Source of the DNA: a virus
Lineage: Duplodnaviria > Caudoviricetes
Length of the DNA: 26,579 bases
Direction: 5' to 3' (one strand)
Virus record (IMG/VR): IMGVR_UViG_3300012665_000053
Span: 1-26,579 of that record
This document shows positions 16,378-23,595 of the stretch, one piece after another. The translations under genes were made by a program, and so were the position numbers. The notes under the pieces were generated by a model, which was not told the origin of the DNA, ran no database searches, and saw only the letters and a program-made list of their open reading frames with translations. Numbering within the stretch: the stretch's first letter is position 1; the number at the start of each line of letters is the position of its first letter.

Positions 16378-17852
16378 CGCTTTCCAGACGGGATGGCCTC
16401 AAGCCTCATCACACCAATACGCCAGTCAGCCAAAGTGTCGCCAGTCACCTTCACATTGACCTGACGCGCTGCAAACCGGACATCAGTCGGGTTGGCTGCC
16501 GTGTATGGTCCAAATGTGGATTGTGTGCCAGTCGGGTAATTGCGGGTTTTGAATGAAACCACCGCCTCACCCAATGTCTGCTCATCTGGGACAACTTGCC
16601 TGACAGACATGATGTTGTCGCCATTGCCAAGCTGGACTGGGCCACTTTCAGCGTAAAGGCTGGCGCTGTCATAAGCAAACCCGACCTCATGCTCGTAGAT
16701 GTAGCCGTCAGTGGAAACCGCCAAGGGATTGGTAAACACACCAGCATCAGTGCCAGCAGTTCTGGCCAATGTGCCTATGTTCCAGTGGTTTTCTCTATAG
16801 TTATAGGTGACATAGCTGTCATTCTCATTGCTTCCACTGCTGGGGTAATACCACCAGATTTCACCATACTTACTGTTATGGACCGCATAGACCTTGGATG
16901 CCTGATTGAAGTTGATATTGCCAAAGACATAGTCCGACACATCGCTTGGCAGTGGCTTGACATATCCGTCATAAATCCAGAAGCCAGACTTGCTCATCCA
17001 AATGGCAGCAGTGTCAATGGCGGCCACAGACTGGGCTGAAATGAGACCGCAGCCAGAGCCAGCCTTCTCAAAGCCATAGACAAATGGAGCGCCAATGTAC
17101 TGGGCCGTGTGGACATCCACATCTGTAAACAGTAGGTTTACACCTTTGACCCGCTTGCCAGCGATCAATGTGCCAGGCGTTGCCAGTTCATAGTCGCCTG
17201 CCTGATTGTCGCCAGCTGGGGTCCAGACTGTATTGTTCTCTTGGTCGCACCACTGCACTTTGCGTGGATTGCCACCAGCGCCAAGGGCAAACATGATGCG
17301 CTCGGCAGTGACTAAAACCGCCTTGTTACTCGTTGGGGCATTGGTGATTGCTGCTGCCAATGTGGGCGTTGTGAAACCCAATTGCCACTCATAGAGCTTG
17401 CCATCTGTGCTTGAGCAAGCAATCAAATACTCGCCCCATGTGTCCATGGACCATGTGGTGGCCGGAGTGACTGACCCTGTGTCTGGTCTTGCCGTGCCAT
17501 AGGCCAGAGAGCCATAGGTGCTGTATCCATAGCCAGTCTTTGACAATGAATCTGCAATGCCAGCTGTCAAGCCAGTTGGCGTGATTTCTTTGAGTGTCCC
17601 ACCCTCATTCATGGCATAGAGCTTTGTGTGCGTTCCAGCAGCGATCCATCGGTTGGCACTGTTATCGCGCCAAGTGATGAAGCCGCGGCATAGGCCAGAC
17701 ATCTGGCCAGTTGCACGTTTTCTCCAGCCACCCATGGGGCGCAGAGTGTTCTCGTACCAGCGCACCAGATTTGCGTCATACCACCGGCCTGCTGCCTGGT
17801 ACTCAGTGCCGTTTCTGTAAATGCCTGGTGGTAATTTGAGTGGTATGTACAT
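16374..17852 (-). CDS. Tail hub / head stabilisation protein (P22 gp10-like beta-propeller)
   Basis: 492 aa beta-rich protein with WCDQEN...W, GCGLIS, EIWWYYPS and YNYRENHW motifs, in the expected position. Confidence 0.7.
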   Translation of the reverse strand: MYIPLKLPPGIYRNGTEYQAAGRWYDANLVRWYENTLRPMGGWRKRATGQMSGLCRGFITWRDNSANRWIAAGTHTKLYAMNEGGTLKEITPTGLTAGIADSLSKTGYGYSTYGSLAYGTARPDTGSVTPATTWSMDTWGEYLIACSSTDGKLYEWQLGFTTPTLAAAITNAPTSNKAVLVTAERIMFALGAGGNPRKVQWCDQENNTVWTPAGDNQAGDYELATPGTLIAGKRVKGVNLLFTDVDVHTAQYIGAPFVYGFEKAGSGCGLISAQSVAAIDTAAIWMSKSGFWIYDGYVKPLPSDVSDYVFGNINFNQASKVYAVHNSKYGEIWWYYPSSGSNENDSYVTYNYRENHWNIGTLARTAGTDAGVFTNPLAVSTDGYIYEHEVGFAYDSASLYAESGPVQLGNGDNIMSVRQVVPDEQTLGEAVVSFKTRNYPTGTQSTFGPYTAANPTDVRFAARQVNVKVTGDTLADWRIGVMRLEAIPSGKR

Positions 17853-17854
17853 GG

Positions 17855-18511
17855 CTATATTGTTGGTAAGTTGGACACAAAGCTCATTGTGACAATGGCT
17901 GATGGTACTGCTGGCCGTGTGGGACTGGTGCTTGTCCCAAAATGCTCAATACTTACATCAGTGCTGGTGGTGCGCCACATAATTTCAACATAATCGCTGG
18001 CTGCCAGGCTTACAAAAAAATTCATGGCTGCAATCAAATGGCTTGGGTCGCCTGCCGATTTTCTTTGTGACAAGTGAAATCTGCTGTTTGAATTAGCAAT
18101 GTTTGTCCCATTCTTGCGAAACCAGATATCCACATCTTGACCATCATTGCTGGTGTTCTTAAACTGAATGGAAAACTGCAAGTTCCAGATTCCGGCATCG
18201 GCCACAGTGATCCGAGAGTTACTGGCTATTGTCACGCCATTGGAAAAGTCTGTCGTGTTGAATGTGACCGCATAGGCCGTGGTGGTGTTGGCAGCCGTTT
18301 GGTCGGTTGAGTCTTGAAAAGCCCCATGGGGGTTGTTCATAAACTTACCGCCCTTTGGGCCAAACAAAGACCCTAGCACTGATGTTACTTTTCTGAAGTA
18401 ATTGTTTAAAGCGCCATAGTTCTCATTAAAGTGCCTGCGCTCATACCCCTCTGGCGGGAAACCCAGACTCGGTATAGATGGTGACTCTAATTGTTGCTTG
18501 ACATTGGCCAT
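17855..18511 (-). CDS. Virion protein with a C-terminal C1q/TNF-like jelly-roll (possible tail needle/knob)
   Basis: Short N-terminal helical part, then FNTTD...SRITVADAGIWNLQFSIQ...IWFRKNG...DYVEIMW. Adjacent to the tail hub gene. Confidence 0.55.
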   Translation of the reverse strand: MANVKQQLESPSIPSLGFPPEGYERRHFNENYGALNNYFRKVTSVLGSLFGPKGGKFMNNPHGAFQDSTDQTAANTTTAYAVTFNTTDFSNGVTIASNSRITVADAGIWNLQFSIQFKNTSNDGQDVDIWFRKNGTNIANSNSRFHLSQRKSAGDPSHLIAAMNFFVSLAASDYVEIMWRTTSTDVSIEHFGTSTSPTRPAVPSAIVTMSFVSNLPTI

Positions 18512-18617
18512 GGCTTGATTTTGCCCTAAACAGCCCCCAATGGATAAGACTTTTCATTGACACAAAATCGGACTACGATAATTTTGCAGCAATTGGCTGC
18601 TTTAACTGGGGAATGTC

Positions 18618-18815
18618 ATGAAATTTGAAATGGAATTAGGTTTTCACGAAAGTGAGAAAATTACGATTGAAACGTGGGATTTCGACAAAATTGAGATCAT
18701 CAAAGATTTCATTGCTTTTCAAGAAGAACACGGCTGGGCAGTTGAATATGAAGCAATTGACCTTGATGAAGAAGAATTTGAAGACACTGAAGAAGAAGAA
18801 ACCACAGAAGTTTGA
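18618..18815 (+). CDS. Very acidic small protein
   Basis: 65 aa, 25 D/E versus 4 K, SD GGGGA. TTGACA at 18557-18562 upstream. It is the only plus-strand gene in the late region. Confidence 0.7.
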   Translation: MKFEMELGFHESEKITIETWDFDKIEIIKDFIAFQEEHGWAVEYEAIDLDEEEFEDTEEEETTEV

Positions 18816-18822
18816 TTCCTGA

Positions 18823-18854
18823 TGGGGCTTACTTGGCCATCAAGTACAGCCCCA
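18823..18854. terminator. Hairpin at the convergence of opposing genes
   Basis: TGGGGCT-TACTTG-GCCAT-CAAGTA-C-AGCCCCA, a 13-bp stem with one bulge. The U-tract is weak. Confidence 0.4.
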
Positions 18855-18972
18855 CATTTGAAAAGGCATAACCGGCATAGACCACTGCCATAGATGGATT
18901 GCCTCTGTAAAGTTGTTCAGCAGCAATGTAGGCATAGATTGCGCCAGTCAGAATGATCAGCCAGGCGCTCAA
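18829..18972 (-). CDS. 47-aa two-helix membrane protein
   Basis: Not in the ORF track. TTG start overlapping the upstream stop: MSAWLIILTGAIYAYIAAEQLYRGNPSMAVVYAGYAFSNVGLYLMAK*. Confidence 0.65.
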   Translation of the reverse strand: MSAWLIILTGAIYAYIAAEQLYRGNPSMAVVYAGYAFSNVGLYLMAK

Positions 18973-19955
18973 AATGCACCCACATCGATGACCTCACCCC
19001 GAAATTCAATCTGATCCTCGTCAAACTTGTGGACTAGCTCTGGCCACAATAGTCTGCCATTAAAGAAGTTCAGCACCGCAAAGCCTGATCTGTGATTGCC
19101 TGGATTCAGTTCAGCATAGGTAAATTGAGGGCCATCAGTTTCAGCCAATGTGCCGCAATCGACCCCAAAACGATTTCCTCGTAGATCACTGAATGGGGTC
19201 ACTTTTAATGCGTGTAAATGCCCACAGATAGTTGAGACACCCGCATTCAGGGTCGATGTATGCGTTGCGTGAATTCCATTCTTGTAACGATGTTTGATAA
19301 TCACATCATCAGTAGGCCATACTGCCCAACAGAATTCCCAATTAAGAAAATGGTCTGTCAGCTTAAAACCAATAACATCTTTAAACTGTGGTGCGTGTTG
19401 CGCTAAACGATTGCCAAATCTAACGTCATGGTTTCCCCATGTCCACAGTAGCTTTACATTGTGCCTAGCTGCCTTGGCCACTTCCTCGATTTCACCCAAT
19501 GCACCCTGACAAGCCTTTAGTTCTTGAATAACAGTAGTCGCTGGTTGTTCAGTTATGTCATGGCGTGATATGGATGCCCCGTCAAACGCGTCTCCATTAC
19601 AAATCACGACATGGGGCGAAAATTCTTGAATGGCCCACAGTAACCCCTTAAAGGCCGTGGACCTTTGACCAGGTATGAAGTGGGCATCAGAGAAAACAAT
19701 CACACATCCATCTAACATTCCAAGTTCAATTTGCTTGAGTGGAGAGAAAGATTTTGGCCTGTTAGCGTCATAGGCAGCGCCACGGGGATCGTTTGAAGAT
19801 AATTTGATCTTATAGTGATCCTCAATCCACCTTCTACGCAAATGGGCGGCTCTAAGATTTACTCCTAAATGTTTAGCCACTTTTGTGGCAGATTGCAGTT
19901 CACCCCATAGTTGGATGAATTGCATATCTGTGCAAGTTTCGTTATGAGCGCCCAT
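18969..19955 (-). CDS. Calcineurin-like metallophosphoesterase with an N-terminal HTH
   Basis: SDAH, GDAFD, GNHD, H and GHLH metal-binding motifs. N-terminal SATKVAKHLGVNLRAAHLRR HTH-like segment. Confidence 0.88.
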   Translation of the reverse strand: MGAHNETCTDMQFIQLWGELQSATKVAKHLGVNLRAAHLRRRWIEDHYKIKLSSNDPRGAAYDANRPKSFSPLKQIELGMLDGCVIVFSDAHFIPGQRSTAFKGLLWAIQEFSPHVVICNGDAFDGASISRHDITEQPATTVIQELKACQGALGEIEEVAKAARHNVKLLWTWGNHDVRFGNRLAQHAPQFKDVIGFKLTDHFLNWEFCWAVWPTDDVIIKHRYKNGIHATHTSTLNAGVSTICGHLHALKVTPFSDLRGNRFGVDCGTLAETDGPQFTYAELNPGNHRSGFAVLNFFNGRLLWPELVHKFDEDQIEFRGEVIDVGAF

Positions 19956-20316
19956 GAGAGTCCTTAGAGAGTAATTTTTCTAGCAGATTGATTACCCTAT
20001 GCTCTTGTGTCTCAATCTCATCTTGAGATGACTTAGGGTCTTGGGCCACTGTCATAAGATCATGCAAAAAGACATGAAGCAATTCATGCAGGGCCGTCTG
20101 GTCTAAAGATTCTGGGGTGATCTTTTCAGCACCAAAGTCACCCAAACGATATGTGGCCAGCCTGGCCGCTTCATTGAATTCCACTGAAGCCATGGCATTC
20201 TTTGCAGGCTTCAAACCCTTCTCAATACGCCAGTCGCCAAGATTAAGCACTTGCTGCCACTTCCGCACACTTTGTGCAAAAAGCGCTGAGTCTTCTGGTG
20301 TTGGAATGTTTGACAT
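19942..20316 (-). CDS. Small zincin-like metalloprotease (HEXXH)
   Basis: TALHELLHVFL with a downstream EH as possible third ligand. 124 aa, SD AAGG. Confidence 0.7.
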   Translation of the reverse strand: MSNIPTPEDSALFAQSVRKWQQVLNLGDWRIEKGLKPAKNAMASVEFNEAARLATYRLGDFGAEKITPESLDQTALHELLHVFLHDLMTVAQDPKSSQDEIETQEHRVINLLEKLLSKDSHGRS

Positions 20317-20351
20317 ATCAGCACCTTATATGACTTTTATGTCAATTTAAT

Positions 20352-20945
20352 TTAAGTAAGCACTGAAAGTGCTTCATTGATATGTTTAATCCTGTCATCT
20401 AAGCCAATAAACCCGCCATTGATCTTCTTGGTTAAGGTTTTATAGTCTTGGCTGTCTGCATACTGGTTGAGCTTGTGGGTGTCCCAAAACCATCCGGCAG
20501 TGAGCGCAGCATACTGGGGCGTGGCCACCAGTTCGGGCTGCATGATTAGGTCCACGCCAAGCGCTTTGCCTGCATGGTGATAGTTGGCCGACCCTGTCAA
20601 TTGAATGCAGCCACGGCCTCTGAAACGATAGCCATCCCCACTAGCCTCATCCCTGTTACCCATTCGGTTGCTGTAGACAGTGTTTGCAATGAGCTTGGGG
20701 TTTCTTGCGCAGGCTTGGGCCTTGGCAGCGTCAAAGCGCCTGGGCCAGAGCTTTTGCAGGGCTTCGGCCCTGTAGTTCAAGTTTTCTTCCAAGATTCTAA
20801 AATTCCCACACTCATGGCTGCACTGGCCGATAAAGGCAGCTTGGCGTAGTGGCGTTGAAATGTCAAAGCGCTGGAATGTTTCATTAAGCGCATCGACCCA
20901 CTCTGGGCCAATGTGCAGTTGTTGGAGCTGCTGACTATTGACCAT
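20352..20945 (-). CDS. Endolysin, glycoside hydrolase family 19
   Basis: AAFIGQCSHECG, EENLNY, FRGRGCIQLTG..NY, TKKINGG..GLDDR motifs. Confidence 0.95.
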   Translation of the reverse strand: MVNSQQLQQLHIGPEWVDALNETFQRFDISTPLRQAAFIGQCSHECGNFRILEENLNYRAEALQKLWPRRFDAAKAQACARNPKLIANTVYSNRMGNRDEASGDGYRFRGRGCIQLTGSANYHHAGKALGVDLIMQPELVATPQYAALTAGWFWDTHKLNQYADSQDYKTLTKKINGGFIGLDDRIKHINEALSVLT

Positions 20946-21402
20946 TTACTAAAACCCTCACTTCGTTATAGGCGTTGATGCAGGCGTTGAGCTTGACAAT
21001 GGCTTTGTCTCCATCGGCTGCGATGTCGATAAGAGCTTCAATAGTCTGTCGCTCAGATTCGCTTGCATCGGTGTTGCTATTTCCTGTGGCAATGGTGGCA
21101 CTTGTGCCGGCTTGTGGACAACTTGGGGCTGGGAGCCGCAGCCGACCAGTCCGAGCAAGCTCATGCATAGCAGACTGCTTTTTCTTAACATCATCTTGGG
21201 CCTTTCTCAATTTGGTTTCTTGGTCTGACAGTTTAGATGTCATGTTTTTTTCAAGTTCACGGGCTTCATCATTCTTTTGGGCAATGGCCAGTTTCATGTC
21301 ATTGTCCCTGTCTTCCCAGCCAAAGTGATAGCCACCTCGGTAAGAACCAAACAAGGCAATGCCGATTGCCAATATCAAATATGGTATGGGTATGCCAAAC
21401 AT
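20935..21402 (-). CDS. Rz: Rz-like inner-membrane spanin
   Basis: N-terminal TM helix, coiled coil, GRLRL and C-terminal LNACINAY. Adjacent to the endolysin. Confidence 0.85.
   Translation of the reverse strand: MFGIPIPYLILAIGIALFGSYRGGYHFGWEDRDNDMKLAIAQKNDEARELEKNMTSKLSDQETKLRKAQDDVKKKQSAMHELARTGRLRLPAPSCPQAGTSATIATGNSNTDASESERQTIEALIDIAADGDKAIVKLNACINAYNEVRVLVNGQ
20958..21194 (-). CDS. Rz1: Rz1-like outer-membrane lipoprotein spanin, fully embedded in Rz in another frame
   Basis: Signal peptide with lipobox LVGC and a Pro-rich mature part, in a lambda-type nested arrangement. Confidence 0.82.
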   Translation of the reverse strand: MMLRKSSLLCMSLLGLVGCGSQPQVVHKPAQVPPLPQEIATPMQANLSDRLLKLLSTSQPMETKPLSSSTPASTPITK

Positions 21403-21899
21403 TATTCAGCCTCTTTTCTTGCCTGTGCCAGCTGCTCTCGCTCATGGTCATCCTCAAGATGTTCCGGTGGCGTGTCTGGTGGTGGACCAGGAGTCCAAGA
21501 TTCGTCTAATTCTGGATTAGTCCACTTGGGCATAGCGCCAAATGGCTGGTTTGGTATGCCATTGGTGGTGGCATTAAACCCGTGATTGTTGCTGTATCCA
21601 TATTGGCCTTGCATGGGCTGGCACATTGGCTGTTGCATCATGGGTGGCTGCTGCCTAGAAGTCATTGCCCGTTTGCCGATAACACCGCCAATGCCACCCA
21701 CAATCAATAGAACGATATCGTTCAGCATCTTTGTGTAAGCCTGGTCAATGGGGGCCATTGATTTGATTGGCTGGGTGACAAACGTCACAGAGTAAAGCAA
21801 AGAAATTACGATAAAGAAAAGAATTAGGGTGACAGCAAGCACCACAATGCTCCAGACCCTGACCTCGATCTCTTCAGTTGTTAGGTTTAACTTCTTCAA
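21402..21899 (-). CDS. Two-TM membrane protein, holin candidate
   Basis: Two hydrophobic helices followed by a long Pro/Gln-rich acidic tail. Directly upstream of the spanins and endolysin. Confidence 0.6.
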   Translation of the reverse strand: MKKLNLTTEEIEVRVWSIVVLAVTLILFFIVISLLYSVTFVTQPIKSMAPIDQAYTKMLNDIVLLIVGGIGGVIGKRAMTSRQQPPMMQQPMCQPMQGQYGYSNNHGFNATTNGIPNQPFGAMPKWTNPELDESWTPGPPPDTPPEHLEDDHEREQLAQARKEAE

Positions 21900-22065
21900 T
21901 CTTTTTCTCCAAAATTGGTGCGACTAAATACTCTGGACAAGTCTGGGTAAATAGACATCTAGGCTTCTGGCACTCTAAAGCATGAAAGTTGTCAGGATTT
22001 TGGCACTTATATCGATAATTCTCTTCGCAGCCAGTCAGCAGTAAAAGAAGCAATAAATATCTCAT
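21874..22065 (-). CDS. Small Cys-rich lipoprotein
   Basis: MRYLLLLLLLTGC lipobox, with four further Cys in the mature region. Confidence 0.75.
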   Translation of the reverse strand: MRYLLLLLLLTGCEENYRYKCQNPDNFHALECQKPRCLFTQTCPEYLVAPILEKKIEEVKPNN

Positions 22066-22217
22066 TTACCTAAACCAATCCTTCCAAGCAATAAATTGAC
22101 AATTCTGTCAGACAGATCATCTGGCAAAAACTTTAGAAAACCAAGCGCATACAAAGCCACGCATCCATAAACGAATATCTTGAGGCATAGGTCAAAGGTC
22201 TTCTGGTACTCATTCAC
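22062..22217 (-). CDS. 51-aa membrane protein
   Basis: Not in the ORF track. GTG start, MNEYQKTFDLCLKIFVYGCVALYALGFLKFLPDDLSDRIVNLLLGRIGLGK*, with 4-nt overlaps at both ends. Confidence 0.65.
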   Translation of the reverse strand: MNEYQKTFDLCLKIFVYGCVALYALGFLKFLPDDLSDRIVNLLLGRIGLGK

Positions 22218-22711
22218 CGACCGCACCTTCTGGTCGCTGCACAGAATTCCATCAATTCATTGACACCGACAAAGACCAAAAACAAGACAAAAAATATGCC
22301 GCCAATGGCCAGACCTATTTCCAGTTGTTCTTGCTCTTTTTGTTTTTGCTTTTTTTCCGCTGCCTTCAATGCACTTATTTCTTTGGCATCAGCAAGGTCC
22401 ATTTCAGCCTGGCGCGCTTTGATCTTGTTCCAGACATCGATCTTGCCGGTCTGCATGAAGAGCATTTTTAGCTCTTCCTCAAATGCTCTGGCCTGCTCCA
22501 GTGCCATCTCGATCTGCAAGGCAGTTCCCATGTTGGAACCCTTGCCAGACTGCTTGGCTTGAAGCATGGCCTTGGTGGCCGTTGACTTGGCATCGAAAAG
22601 TTTGCCAATCATGGGCGCGAGTGAGCCAAGGTCATTGGCAACACCCGCTGCCTTTTTGACCATGCTAATGGCGCTTTGTATCCCTGCCAGGGCCGTGATT
22701 GGATCGATCAT
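22214..22711 (-). CDS. Coiled-coil protein with a C-terminal TM helix
   Basis: Start moved to ATG 22711 (MIDPITAL..., SD GAGG, ATGA overlap). Amphipathic N-terminus and C-terminal anchor. Confidence 0.75.
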   Translation of the reverse strand: MIDPITALAGIQSAISMVKKAAGVANDLGSLAPMIGKLFDAKSTATKAMLQAKQSGKGSNMGTALQIEMALEQARAFEEELKMLFMQTGKIDVWNKIKARQAEMDLADAKEISALKAAEKKQKQKEQEQLEIGLAIGGIFFVLFLVFVGVNELMEFCAATRRCGR

Positions 22712-22824
22712 TTCCTCTTCTCCCACTTAATGCAGACTACCCTCCGATTGTAGACATCACCGGTCCATGTCCACCTGGTGCATCTATATTCGGCAGCTGC
22801 TAGTAAGACCAGAGCATAGATCAT
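22708..22824 (-). CDS. 38-aa putative exported peptide with two Cys
   Basis: MIYALVLLAAAEYRCTRWTWTGDVYNRRVVCIKWEKRK*, with ATGA overlaps at both ends. Confidence 0.6.
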   Translation of the reverse strand: MIYALVLLAAAEYRCTRWTWTGDVYNRRVVCIKWEKRK

Positions 22825-22913
22825 GGCCACATCAAAATGATGACAAAAACGCACCAGGCAATGGTGGCAGTCAAAAGAGCCGCAGCAATGAATGCCACGG
22901 CCCAGTCTTTCAT
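22821..22913 (-). CDS. 30-aa membrane peptide
   Basis: Not in the ORF track. MKDWAVAFIAAALLTATIAWCVFVIILMWP*, with ATGA overlaps at both ends. Confidence 0.6.
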   Translation of the reverse strand: MKDWAVAFIAAALLTATIAWCVFVIILMWP

Positions 22914-23137
22914 TTTTTAATCCAAGTCTGCCAGACAGCACCAGCTGCCATGATTAGACCACCCACCCACAGAATAGGCTTGGCAGCAGAAGCAATCCAT
23001 CCAAGCACTTTAAAAGCCCCATCAAGAGCCTTTATAGCCTCTACAAGACCTTTTGTGTTCTGGTCTATGCTATCCACCTTGGTTTCAACAGCAATGAGCC
23101 TGTCGTAGATTTGCTTATGGGTGACTTCGTTTTCCAT
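22910..23137 (-). CDS. Coiled-coil plus TM small protein (holin/antiholin-like)
   Basis: RLIAVETKVDSI coiled coil followed by a hydrophobic C-terminus. First gene after the tail fibre block, SD GGAG. Confidence 0.65.
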   Translation of the reverse strand: MENEVTHKQIYDRLIAVETKVDSIDQNTKGLVEAIKALDGAFKVLGWIASAAKPILWVGGLIMAAGAVWQTWIKK

Positions 23138-23140
23138 GAC

Positions 23141-23287
23141 TTACTCCACTGGTGCGTCTTTTGGCACTTGCGCTTCAGCCTGTTCTTTGATTTTAAGAAT
23201 CAGAGGCCAGCACCCACTACTTGAGGGCAGTTGCCCCAAAGTTTGTAATACAAAGTTAATCTCGTTAACGTCTAACTCTAATTTCAT
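23141..23287 (-). CDS. 48-aa tail-fibre-associated small protein
   Basis: Not in the ORF track. MKLELDVNEINFVLQTLGQLPSSSGCWPLILKIKEQAEAQVPKDAPVE*, SD GGAG, ATGA overlap. Confidence 0.7.
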   Translation of the reverse strand: MKLELDVNEINFVLQTLGQLPSSSGCWPLILKIKEQAEAQVPKDAPVE

Positions 23288-23583
23288 GCTTGACTCCATG
23301 GAACGCCCGTTGAGGTAACAGGGTTCTTCTGCAAAGCAATCTGAGCCGCCAGAGCATCTTCAGTTGCTTGTTTATCTACACCATTAGCCCATACCCATCC
23401 AAGGACTGTAGCTTGTGTCAGGTCTGCATAAGGCGTATTGACTGTGCCATCAGACCATGAGCAAGTGGAATAGATGGATGCTGTGTGTTCGCCATCTACT
23501 GCTGTGGCTTGCCAGTGGGCTGTGGTTACAAAACCATCTGCTGTTTTGCGGTCAAGTTGTGAGATTGTCCAAGTTACTGACAT
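23284..23583 (-). CDS. Putative tail fibre accessory/chaperone protein
   Basis: 99 aa, TWTI..L...PYADLT...VLGWV...GVPW pattern. Directly after the fibre gene. Confidence 0.6.
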   Translation of the reverse strand: MSVTWTISQLDRKTADGFVTTAHWQATAVDGEHTASIYSTCSWSDGTVNTPYADLTQATVLGWVWANGVDKQATEDALAAQIALQKNPVTSTGVPWSQA

Positions 23584-23595
23584 GATATTTTCCTT

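Noticed and set aside
20273-20281. Isolated relaxed DnaA-box match TGTGCAAAA
   Set aside because: A single copy inside a coding region, consistent with chance.
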